41,324 nt of DNA from a bacterium (GCA_037439545.1 JBBIVV010000020.1:1-41324), one strand, 5' to 3'; positions 27,936 to 35,715 are shown, counted from the first letter of the stretch. Translations and numbers: made by a program. Notes: generated from the letters alone by a model not told the origin.

Positions 27936-29183
27936 ATGAGTTTTGTAAAAAGTCTGAGATGCAGAGAATGCGGTGAGCTTTATCCAAAGGAAGCTCTGCA
28001 TGTGTGCGGATTATGCTTTGGGCCGCTCGAGGTAGTATATGATTATGAAAAGATAAAAAAATCCTTATCCAGAGATATAATAGCACAAAGAAAAAAAAGC
28101 ATGTGGAGGTATAAAGAACTTCTGCCCATAGATGGAGAACCTGCTGTTGGTATCGATTCAGGTTTTACACCTCTGGTGAAAGCTCAAAACCTTGCAAAAG
28201 TGCTCGGTATAAAAGAACTGTACATAAAAAATGATACCGTAAATCATCCGACGTTTTCTTTTAAAGACAGAGTCGTTTCTGTTGCGATCTCGAAGGCGAA
28301 GGAACTCGGCTTTGACACGGTTGCGTGTGCATCGACGGGTAACCTTGCAAATTCAGTGGCAGCCAATGCCGCTGTTTGCGGATTGAACAGCTATGTTTTT
28401 ATTCCGTCCAATCTTGAGCATGCAAAGGTTCTGAACACGCAGGTATACGGTGCAAATGTCGTGGGGATAAAAGGTAACTACGATGAAGTGAACAGGCTCT
28501 GTTCTGAGATAGCGGGCAAGTACGGCTGGGCATTTGTGAACATAAATATAAGGGCTTATTACGCAGAAGGCTCAAAGACCCTTGCATTCGAGGTCGCCGA
28601 ACAGCTTGGCTGGCGTGCTCCCCAGAATATTGTCGTTCCGATGGCAAGCGGCTCTCTTCTGACCAAGGTATACAAAGGGTTTAAAGAGCTGCATGAGCTT
28701 GGGCTTATCGATGATATGGAAACAAAAATCTATGGAGCACAGGCAACCGGCTGTTCCCCAATATCGACGGCGGTAAAGGACCGTCAGGAACTGTTCAAAC
28801 CTGTCATTCCCAAGACAATTGCGAAATCACTTGCCATAGGGAACCCCGCGGATGGCTTCTATGCCATAGAGACCATAAACAAAACAGGCGGCTGGGCAGA
28901 GGACATATCGGATGATGAGGTCATAGAAGGCATAAAATTGCTTTCAGAAACAGAAGGCATATTTGCAGAAACAGCCGGAGGCGTCACCGTCGGTGTTGCA
29001 AAGAAGCTTGTGGAAAAGGGAAAACTTCCAAAGAACGAATCGGCCGTATTGCTGATAACCGGCAACGGACTCAAGACACAGGAAGTATTGCTCAATAAAA
29101 TCGATCCACTGACCGTAATACCTGCCAGACTCGATGCATTTGACGAGATATTAAAAGATAAAGAAAAGGCAAAATCAAAATAG
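27936..29183 (+). CDS. thrC: Threonine-synthase-family PLP enzyme with N-terminal zinc ribbon (possibly a MetM-type O-phosphohomoserine sulfhydrylase)
   Basis: LRCRECG...VCGLCFGPLEV, PLP lysine in PTFSFKDR, CASTGNLA, YYAEGSKT, SLAIGNPADG, ITGNGLKT; family is secure, exact reaction is inferred from context. Confidence 0.85.
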   Translation: MSFVKSLRCRECGELYPKEALHVCGLCFGPLEVVYDYEKIKKSLSRDIIAQRKKSMWRYKELLPIDGEPAVGIDSGFTPLVKAQNLAKVLGIKELYIKNDTVNHPTFSFKDRVVSVAISKAKELGFDTVACASTGNLANSVAANAAVCGLNSYVFIPSNLEHAKVLNTQVYGANVVGIKGNYDEVNRLCSEIAGKYGWAFVNINIRAYYAEGSKTLAFEVAEQLGWRAPQNIVVPMASGSLLTKVYKGFKELHELGLIDDMETKIYGAQATGCSPISTAVKDRQELFKPVIPKTIAKSLAIGNPADGFYAIETINKTGGWAEDISDDEVIEGIKLLSETEGIFAETAGGVTVGVAKKLVEKGKLPKNESAVLLITGNGLKTQEVLLNKIDPLTVIPARLDAFDEILKDKEKAKSK

Positions 29184-29195
29184 AACCTTGAGATC

Positions 29196-30125
29196 ATGAA
29201 ACTGCTCAATATCAATGTTAATAATATTATCAAAGGCACAATACTCGAGCTGATCGGGAATACGCCGCTTTATAAACTGAGGAAGTTTTCACAGAGGAAT
29301 GGACAGATAACCATATACGCAAAGCTCGAAAAGCATAATCCGGGCGGCTCTGTAAAAGACAGGCCTGCACTGCGAATGGTGCTTGAAGGGATCAGGACAG
29401 GCCAGTTGATAAAATCAAAAGTCATCCTTGAATCGACATCGGGAAACACCGGCATAGCTCTTGCGATGATAGGTGCCGTGCTTGAATACCGAGTAAAGCT
29501 TTATGTGCCGAAGAATGCAAGTGAGGAAAGAAAGAAGATATTGAATGCCTTTGGGGCAGAGGTTGTTTTGACAGATCCCGTTGAAGGCTCTGACGGCGCC
29601 TACAGGGAATGCGTTCTGGAGTATGACAGGTATAGTGATAAATATTTTAAGCCGGACCAGTACAACAACCCGGCAAATGTACGTGCACATTATGAAACGA
29701 CAGCGCCTGAGATCATAAGACAGACGGACGGCAAGATTACCCACTTTATCGCGGGTATAGGTACGGGAGGCACACTGGTAGGAACGGGAAAACGATTAAA
29801 AGAATATAATCCCGGCATTCAGGTCATCGGAGTAGAGCCTGATTCCCCTTTTCACGGACTCGAAGGGTTAAAACATATAGAGAGTTCTATAGTGCCCGGC
29901 ATACTCGACAGGAGTGTTTATGACAGGATTATACATGTCAATACCGAAGAAGCGTACAACCTCGTAAGACAGATTGCGAGGGAAGAGGGTATACTTGTCG
30001 GACAGTCCTCAGGGGCGGCACTCCGTGCGGCACTGCAGATAGCATCGGAGGTCCGGGACGCTGTCATTGTAACCATGTTCCCGGATGGCGGCTCGAACTA
30101 TTTCAGCACCAAATTGTGGGATTGA
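29196..30125 (+). CDS. cysM: Cysteine synthase, CysM type
   Basis: IGNTPL, NPGGSVKDR, ESTSGNTG, DQYNNPAN, GIGTGGT, GQSSGAA, FPDGG. Confidence 0.88.
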   Translation: MKLLNINVNNIIKGTILELIGNTPLYKLRKFSQRNGQITIYAKLEKHNPGGSVKDRPALRMVLEGIRTGQLIKSKVILESTSGNTGIALAMIGAVLEYRVKLYVPKNASEERKKILNAFGAEVVLTDPVEGSDGAYRECVLEYDRYSDKYFKPDQYNNPANVRAHYETTAPEIIRQTDGKITHFIAGIGTGGTLVGTGKRLKEYNPGIQVIGVEPDSPFHGLEGLKHIESSIVPGILDRSVYDRIIHVNTEEAYNLVRQIAREEGILVGQSSGAALRAALQIASEVRDAVIVTMFPDGGSNYFSTKLWD

Positions 30126-30127
30126 TC

Positions 30128-30535
30128 ATGATAGTGAAGAACAATGCATTAAAACAAATGAAATCGCATCTTGAGCAGACATATCCGCACGAAGGCTGCG
30201 GGGTCATGCTCGGCAAGAATGATGTGGTGACCATGATACATCGCGGGACAAATATAAGACAGGACAGGCAGGAAGACCGGTTCTTGCTGGCTCCATCCGA
30301 CATTATGGATGCAGAGAAGCTTGCGAAGCAGAACAGTATCGAGATCGTAGGTTTTTATCATTCGCATCCCGATCATCCGGCAAAGCCTTCGACGACGGAT
30401 CTTGAGAGTGCATGGGAAGGGTATCATTACCTTATCACGTCTATTAATAAAGGCAGGATGGAAGATATAGGCGTGTTCAGACTACCGGAACAGGGTAATA
30501 ATTTTGTGCAGGAAACATTAAAAATTGAGGATTAA
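30128..30535 (+). CDS. mec: M67/JAB (JAMM) metallopeptidase, Mec-like
   Basis: YPHEGCG and HSHPDHPAKPSTTD (HxHx7Sx2D); start taken at ATG 30128. Confidence 0.9.
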   Translation: MIVKNNALKQMKSHLEQTYPHEGCGVMLGKNDVVTMIHRGTNIRQDRQEDRFLLAPSDIMDAEKLAKQNSIEIVGFYHSHPDHPAKPSTTDLESAWEGYHYLITSINKGRMEDIGVFRLPEQGNNFVQETLKIED

Positions 30536-30548
30536 TAAGGAGGTAACT

Positions 30549-31079
30549 ATGGCAATAACAGTAAGAATACCAACACCGTTGAGGAAATACACCCAGGGAA
30601 AGGATGAGGTGTCTGTAGAAGGAGCGGATCTAAGGGAGCTTCTCCAGAATCTTGAGAACAATTATAAGGGTATCGGCCAGAGGATTATGGATGACAAAGG
30701 CGGTGTCAGACGCTTCGTTAATATCTATCTGAATGACGAGGACATCAGGTTCAAGAAGAATCTTGAGACCGCGCTCAAAGACGGTGATGTCATCTCGATA
30801 ATACCGGCAATAGCAGGAGGAGCACCGAAGAAGAGCACGGTGGTTAAAAAAAAAGTATATCTGACTTATAAAAAGGCTTTGCTGAACAAGCCTGTTATAT
30901 GGGAAGCAAGCAGGAAATTCAATGTTGCGATAAACATCGGAACAGCTTCAGTATCAGGGGATATAGGGCTTGTCGGCGTTGAGCTGGTAGGTCGGAGAGA
31001 AGAGATAGAACAGATGATAAAGTGGTTTATAAAAAAGGGCGTAAAAGTCGAGCCTATCGAGCAAACAGTGCTGGAGTAA
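30549..31079 (+). CDS. MoaD/ThiS/CysO-family sulfur carrier fused to a C-terminal NIL-like domain (176 aa)
   Basis: RBS AAGGAGG; residues 1-91 MAITVRIPTPLR...RRFVNIYLNDEDIR...IIPAIAGG; residues 92-176 KKVYLTY...KPVIWEASRKFNVAINIGTASV...GVELVG...GVKVEPIE match the NIL pattern; no stop codon after Gly-Gly. Confidence 0.85.
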   Translation: MAITVRIPTPLRKYTQGKDEVSVEGADLRELLQNLENNYKGIGQRIMDDKGGVRRFVNIYLNDEDIRFKKNLETALKDGDVISIIPAIAGGAPKKSTVVKKKVYLTYKKALLNKPVIWEASRKFNVAINIGTASVSGDIGLVGVELVGRREEIEQMIKWFIKKGVKVEPIEQTVLE

Positions 31080-31085
31080 AGAGTA

Positions 31086-31883
31086 ATGTTAACGGACCTG
31101 CAAATAGAAAGATATGCGCGGCATATTATACTGGAAGGGGTTGGCGGCAAGGGCCAGGAAAAACTTCTTCAATCAAAAGTTCTCATAATAGGCGCAGGAG
31201 GACTTGGTTCGCCGATAGCCATGTATCTTGCCGGGAGCGGAGTAGGGACTATGGGTATCGTTGATTTCGACATCGTAGATATTTCCAACCTTCAAAGGCA
31301 GATAATTCATTCTACGGCCACTCTCGGGACAGCAAAGGTTGATTCTGCGGAAAAATCGATAAAGGCTGTCAATCCGGATGTCACGGTGAACAAATATAAT
31401 ATCAAGCTCACGTCTCAAAACATAATGGACATAATAAAGGGATATGATCTCATTATTGACGGCACAGATTCCTTTCCTGCCCGGTATCTTATAAATGATG
31501 CCTGCGTGTTGTCGGGCAAGAAGAATGTGTACGGCAGTATTTTTAAGTTTGAAGGACAGGCAACGGTATTTTCTCCCGGTGAAGGTCCGTGTTTAAGATG
31601 TCTCTATCCCGAACCTCCTCCGCCAGGAATGGTACCAAGCTGCCAGGAAGCCGGGGTATTCGGCGTGCTGCCGGGTTTTATAGGCGTGCTGCAGGCAACG
31701 GAGGCAATTAAGTTACTGCTCGGCATTGGGAAACCATTGATAGGCAGAATGGTTGTTTATGATGCCCTGCGCATGGAAGTAAGGCAGATGAAAGTACAAA
31801 AAGATCCGGAGTGCCCTGTGTGCGGCGAGCATCCTACGGTTACCCAATTGATAGATTATGAGCAGTTCTGCGGTGTTAAATGA
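31086..31883 (+). CDS. moeB: MoeB/ThiF E1-like adenylyltransferase without a rhodanese domain
   Basis: RYARHIIL, GAGGLG, SNLQRQ, CLRC/CPVC zinc pairs, PSCQEAG; ends at IDYEQFCGVK (265 aa). Confidence 0.92.
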   Translation: MLTDLQIERYARHIILEGVGGKGQEKLLQSKVLIIGAGGLGSPIAMYLAGSGVGTMGIVDFDIVDISNLQRQIIHSTATLGTAKVDSAEKSIKAVNPDVTVNKYNIKLTSQNIMDIIKGYDLIIDGTDSFPARYLINDACVLSGKKNVYGSIFKFEGQATVFSPGEGPCLRCLYPEPPPPGMVPSCQEAGVFGVLPGFIGVLQATEAIKLLLGIGKPLIGRMVVYDALRMEVRQMKVQKDPECPVCGEHPTVTQLIDYEQFCGVK

Positions 31884-32176
31884 AGCTATGCGTACTGGTT
31901 GCAGTATCGGGCCAGGCCATAGTGAAAACATTGCAGCGCCTTTATGAAGATTGCGGGGATGGCTTGCAGGTATTTCTGTATAACGACGGGGTTTTGCTTC
32001 TCAAGGATCCATCATTTATAGAATTATCAGGTCATGTGAAAGCTACCCTGTGCGGCGTAAGTGCTGAAGAAAGAGGAATAAAGAAACAGGATGGGGTTGC
32101 TTTTGGCAGCCTGTATGATTTTTCTACGATGGCTGCGCACTCAGATAAGCTTTTATCATTTACCAGGGAATCATGA
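31880..32176 (+). CDS. DsrE/TusD-like sulfur relay protein
   Basis: VFLYNDGV, LCGVSAEERG (conserved Cys position), GSLYD...SDKLLSF; ATGA coupling to moeB. Confidence 0.7.
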   Translation: MKLCVLVAVSGQAIVKTLQRLYEDCGDGLQVFLYNDGVLLLKDPSFIELSGHVKATLCGVSAEERGIKKQDGVAFGSLYDFSTMAAHSDKLLSFTRES

Positions 32177-32484
32177 AGTTAACGGTTTTAATAAAAGATG
32201 GCAATACTGCAAGGCTCAGCGATGGTATAAGACTCGCTTTAGGGCTTACTATCAATCACAAAGTTTCAATACTCATAACTGACAAAGGTGCCGACGCTCT
32301 TTCAACTGCGTTAAAAGACGATGCATTTAAAAAGCAGTTTATGGAGGCATTAGTGCTTATTAAATCTATGTCAGGCTATATTAAAACAGAAAAAACTATC
32401 GCTGGCATTAATACAATAAATAGTCTTTCAAAAGATGATCTCACAAACATACTGCTCGAATCCGATTCAATTATCACTTTCTAA
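32173..32484 (+). CDS. DsrF/TusC-like small protein (no Cys)
   Basis: DGIRLALGL, C-terminal LLESDSIITF typical of the DsrE/F fold; coupled to the DsrE-like gene. Confidence 0.55.
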   Translation: MKLTVLIKDGNTARLSDGIRLALGLTINHKVSILITDKGADALSTALKDDAFKKQFMEALVLIKSMSGYIKTEKTIAGINTINSLSKDDLTNILLESDSIITF

Positions 32485-32486
32485 CA

Positions 32487-32514
32487 TACTGTAAAACATA
32501 TAGTTTATACAGTA
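32487..32514. other. AT-rich inverted repeat (weak terminator or operator)
   Basis: TACTGTA-AAAC-ATATA-GTTT-A-TACAGTA directly after the DsrF-like stop and just upstream of a TTGACA. Confidence 0.4.
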
Positions 32515-32524
32515 AAGATATTTC

Positions 32525-32553
32525 TTGACAAGAATACTTATAATTAGTTAATT
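32525..32553 (+). promoter_or_regulatory. Possible sigma70 promoter for cysH-dsrE2-tusA-bcp
   Basis: TTGACA-N17-TTAATT in a roughly 200-bp AT-rich gap. Confidence 0.4.
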
Positions 32554-32700
32554 AAATATAAGTAGATTACTCGTCTTAATGAAAGACTTTAGTTTCGAGG
32601 GGTTGTATTTTTGCAAAAGCTTAAACAATCTATTTTGTCAACTGTATATCCTCATAATGTTAGATAGAGTTGGATAAAATAAATAAATATGGAGGGCAGG

Positions 32701-33387
32701 ATGTTAGATGTAGCAGAAATTACCGAACTTTCGTTACAATTTGAAAATGAGCAACCGCAGGATGTTGTTTCATGGGCCGTGAGCACGTTCAATAAAGATA
32801 TTGCATTTGCGTGCAGCTTTGGCATGGAAGATGTGTGTATCGTGGACATGATAGCAAAGACGGGCGTGGAAACGAATATATTTTACCTCGACACCTCGCT
32901 GCTGTTTAAAGAGACGCATGAGCTTATAGAGAAGCTCGGAGACAAATACGGCATAAGGTTCGAAAGTGTCAGTACCGAATGTAGCCTTGAACAACAGGCC
33001 GAACGGCACGGTGATGATCTCTGGACTGTAGACCCTGACCTGTGCTGCAATATAAGAAAGGTTGCACCTCTGAAGAAGAAACTTTCGGCATTGAAAGCAT
33101 GGATGACCGGCATAAGGAGGGACCAGACCCCGGAACGTGCACAGGCAAAGACCGTTGAATGGGATAATAAATTTGAGCTTGTCAAGATAAATCCAATTGT
33201 AAAATGGACAAACGCTGATACAAAGGATTATATAATAAAACACGGTATACCATACAATCCGCTGCACGATAAGGGATATCCAAGTATAGGGTGTAAACCG
33301 TGTACGTTTTCTGTAAAACCCGGGGAGGATCCGCGTTCAGGCCGATGGAAGGGGTTTGCAAAAAAGGAGTGCGGTTTGCACAAATAA
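32701..33387 (+). CDS. cysH: Thioredoxin-dependent APS/PAPS reductase, [4Fe-4S] (APS-type)
   Basis: SFGMED, LDTSLLF, CCNIRK, TGIRRDQ, SIGCKPCT, RSGRW, ECGLH; start ATG 32701 after GGAGG (alternative 32689). Confidence 0.95.
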   Translation: MLDVAEITELSLQFENEQPQDVVSWAVSTFNKDIAFACSFGMEDVCIVDMIAKTGVETNIFYLDTSLLFKETHELIEKLGDKYGIRFESVSTECSLEQQAERHGDDLWTVDPDLCCNIRKVAPLKKKLSALKAWMTGIRRDQTPERAQAKTVEWDNKFELVKINPIVKWTNADTKDYIIKHGIPYNPLHDKGYPSIGCKPCTFSVKPGEDPRSGRWKGFAKKECGLHK

Positions 33388-33493
33388 AGCCGTGAGAGCC
33401 GGTCAGATGCCGATTCGTCTCCAAGAGAAAGAATTACTAAATTTACTATAGTAACGCCGCCATAAATGGCGGGGGAGTTTCTGACGGGGTAAA
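33385..33493 (+). repeat. Diverged copy 3 of the ~110-bp palindromic element
   Basis: TAAAGCCGTGAGA ... GAATTA ... ATAGTAACGCCGCCATAAATGGCGGGGGAGTTTCTGACGGGGTAAA; same length class, ends and inner hairpin as copies 1 and 2. Confidence 0.8.
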
Positions 33494-33505
33494 AAGGAGG
33501 TTCCA

Positions 33506-33994
33506 ATGGAAAAAGTAACGCCGGAAAAAGCTACAATTGTCGTATTCTCCGGAGACATGGATAAGGTAATGGCTGCATTCAATATCGCTGTCGGTGCAGC
33601 TTCTTCAGGTATGGAGGTGACCATGCTCTACACATTCTGGGGATTGAACGTGTTGAGAAAGGACAAGACAGGAAGCCGGACAAAAGGGATTATACAGAAA
33701 ATGCTGACATGGATAAACAAAGGCGGCACGGAAAACCTGCCGATGTCGCGTTTCAATATGTCGGGTATGGGGACATGGATGATGAAAAGACTTATGAAAA
33801 GATACAGTATGCCGAGCGTAAGAGAGCTCTACACCACTGCGAAGCAGCTCGGAGTAAAAATGATAGCATGTACCATTACCATGGGGGTTATGGGTATAGG
33901 CAAGGAAGACCTTGTTGACGATATTGATGAATTTGCGGGAGTGATTACATATATAAAAGATGCAAAGGAATCAAAGATAAACCTTTTTATATAG
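33506..33994 (+). CDS. DsrE2-type (DsrE/DsrF/DrsH-like) sulfur-trafficking protein
   Basis: IVVFSGDMDK, YTFWGLNVLRK, MIACTITMGVMG, AGVITY, NLFI. Confidence 0.9.
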   Translation: MEKVTPEKATIVVFSGDMDKVMAAFNIAVGAASSGMEVTMLYTFWGLNVLRKDKTGSRTKGIIQKMLTWINKGGTENLPMSRFNMSGMGTWMMKRLMKRYSMPSVRELYTTAKQLGVKMIACTITMGVMGIGKEDLVDDIDEFAGVITYIKDAKESKINLFI

Positions 33995-34003
33995 GAGGCG
34001 TAT

Positions 34004-34234
34004 ATGGATATAAACAAGACAGTGGATGCGGCGGGCATGCTTTGTCCGATGCCGATACTAAAGACCGTACAGGCGGTCAAAGAAATGAAGGTTGGCGAGG
34101 TGCTCGAGATTACGGCAACGGATCCCGGCATAAAACCGGACATCAAAAATTGGTGTGAGATGATGGGACATCAGCTTATTGATATTCAGGAAAAAGACAA
34201 TAAGATTATAGTACATCTGAAAAAGCTCAAATAA
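34004..34234 (+). CDS. tusA: TusA/SirA-family sulfurtransferase
   Basis: DAAGMLCPMP, GEVLEITATDPG, DIKNWC; RBS AGGAGG. Confidence 0.92.
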   Translation: MDINKTVDAAGMLCPMPILKTVQAVKEMKVGEVLEITATDPGIKPDIKNWCEMMGHQLIDIQEKDNKIIVHLKKLK

Positions 34235-34326
34235 TCAGTGAGGTTAAAGCCTGAACCCGGGGTAACCGATGTAACGGTCAAAGGCATGAGTATTTCAGCG
34301 GTTGTTGAAAGTGAAGGAGAAAAATT

Positions 34327-34821
34327 ATGACGAACAATGAAAAAACAAACAAAGGGAATGTTAAAGCGGGTGATGCTGCCCCGGATTTTACGCTTAATTC
34401 CCAGTCTGGAGATAAGGTAAGACTCAAGGATTTTATTGGAAGGAAAATTATTGTGTTATATTTTTATCCAAAGGATGGCACGCCTGGTTGTACTGCAGAA
34501 GCCTGTAGTTTCAGGGACAATTACGATGTGTTTAAACAAGCGGGTGCAGAGGTCATAGGCATAAGCTCTGATGCAGTAGAATCGCACAGCGCTTTTGTTT
34601 CGAAGTACAGTTTACAGTTTATTCTGCTGAGTGACAAGGACCAAACAGTAAGAAAGCTCTTTGGCGTACCGTCTACGCTCGGTTTGCTGCCAGGCAGGGT
34701 CACGTATGTCATTGATAAGAAGGGTATTGTCAGGCACGTATTCTCTTCTCAATTTAACGCTACCAAACACATCAGCGAGGCCCTCAAGGTGATTCAATCG
34801 CTGAATGAAGACAACGCATAA
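34327..34821 (+). CDS. bcp: Peroxiredoxin Bcp/PrxQ
   Basis: APDFTL, YFYPKDGTPGCTAEACSFRD, RVTYVIDKKG. Confidence 0.93.
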   Translation: MTNNEKTNKGNVKAGDAAPDFTLNSQSGDKVRLKDFIGRKIIVLYFYPKDGTPGCTAEACSFRDNYDVFKQAGAEVIGISSDAVESHSAFVSKYSLQFILLSDKDQTVRKLFGVPSTLGLLPGRVTYVIDKKGIVRHVFSSQFNATKHISEALKVIQSLNEDNA

Positions 34822-34872
34822 GAAATCGTAATTCCCCCAATTACTTCTTTCCTGCGTGCGGGTGTGATGCAT

Positions 34873-35715
34873 TTATTCCACAAATTCAATCTTTACCTCC
34901 GGCACGAGCTTGAGTGCAGCCGCTTGCTTCAAGAACTCCTGCACGGCACTCCTGCCTTCTTTCCCGGGCTCCAGGGTATAATCATTCACATACATGAGAG
35001 CAAACTGCTTTACCCGTTTCATGTCCAGTCCTCTTGAGTATCGGGCAGCATAGGTCATTGCCTCATCTTCATGCGAGAACCCATAAGCTATACTGTCTTT
35101 AATAGACTGGTTGATCGTATGTTTAAGCTTTTCATCCAGGGATCGCATAATAAGATTTATACCGAGTGGCAGGGGTAATCCTGTTTTGCCGAGCCACCAC
35201 TTGCCGAGATCGACAAGTATGCTGAGCCCGTCATCCGTATAAGTGATCTGGCCTTCGTGTATGATCAGTCCTGCATCCACCTCTCCAGCCTTAACAGCAG
35301 GCATTATCTTGTCAAACGGCATGATCCTATGCTTGAAATTACCAAGGTACATCTTCAATGCAAGGAAGGCAGAAGTATATTCGCCGGGTATTGCTATTTC
35401 CATTCCCTCGATATCCTTGTTCTTTCCGCTTACAACGATAGGTCCATATCCTTTTCCCATACTTGCCCCGCAGGAAAGTATCTGATAGCGGTCTGCGATG
35501 TATGGATATGAATGCAGGGACGCAGCAGTCACATGGAGCAAAGGAGGTTTGTCCGGAAGCTTTTGCATGGCTCTTTTGTTCAGCGTTTCTATGTCAGTCA
35601 ATACATGCTCGAACTTCATATCCGCGACGTGTATTTTATCATGCGTCAATGCATAAAACATGAAGGCATCATCCGCATCCGGACTATGACCTATGGTAAT
35701 AATATTTTCATTCAT
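34873..35715 (-). CDS. mqnD: 1,4-dihydroxy-6-naphthoate synthase (futalosine menaquinone pathway)
   Basis: GHSPDADDAFMFYAL, DIETLN, GYGP, IIHEGQITY, DLGKWW, LPLPLG, MYVNDYT. Confidence 0.92.
   Translation of the reverse strand: MNENIITIGHSPDADDAFMFYALTHDKIHVADMKFEHVLTDIETLNKRAMQKLPDKPPLLHVTAASLHSYPYIADRYQILSCGASMGKGYGPIVVSGKNKDIEGMEIAIPGEYTSAFLALKMYLGNFKHRIMPFDKIMPAVKAGEVDAGLIIHEGQITYTDDGLSILVDLGKWWLGKTGLPLPLGINLIMRSLDEKLKHTINQSIKDSIAYGFSHEDEAMTYAARYSRGLDMKRVKQFALMYVNDYTLEPGKEGRSAVQEFLKQAAALKLVPEVKIEFVE

Noticed and set aside
30816..30842. Independent NIL start at in-frame GTG 30840 using the GGAGG formed by the Gly-Gly codons
   Set aside because: The spacing of about 19 nt is too long for a Shine-Dalgarno; only a weak AAGAG is closer. 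The GTG may be an ancestral start, but separate translation is unsupported
30128..31883. JAB + Ubl + E1 as an antiphage ubiquitin-like system (CBASS Cap2/3, Bil, Bub)
   Set aside because: No E2 or CD-NTase is present; the E1 is a standard MoeB and the context is entirely sulfur amino acid metabolism
30123..32176. TGA stops in the sulfur operon as selenocysteine codons
   Set aside because: Each TGA falls at the expected protein end and overlaps or abuts the next start; catalytic positions are ordinary Cys
32487..32514. TACTGTA...TACAGTA as a LexA SOS box
   Set aside because: The CTGT-ACAG spacer is 16 bp rather than 8, and no repair gene follows
9042..33493. The repeats as a CRISPR array or attL/attR sites
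   Set aside because: Copies are about 110 bp, kilobases apart and have no spacers; there are no cas or integrase genes and no similarity to the tRNA 3' end
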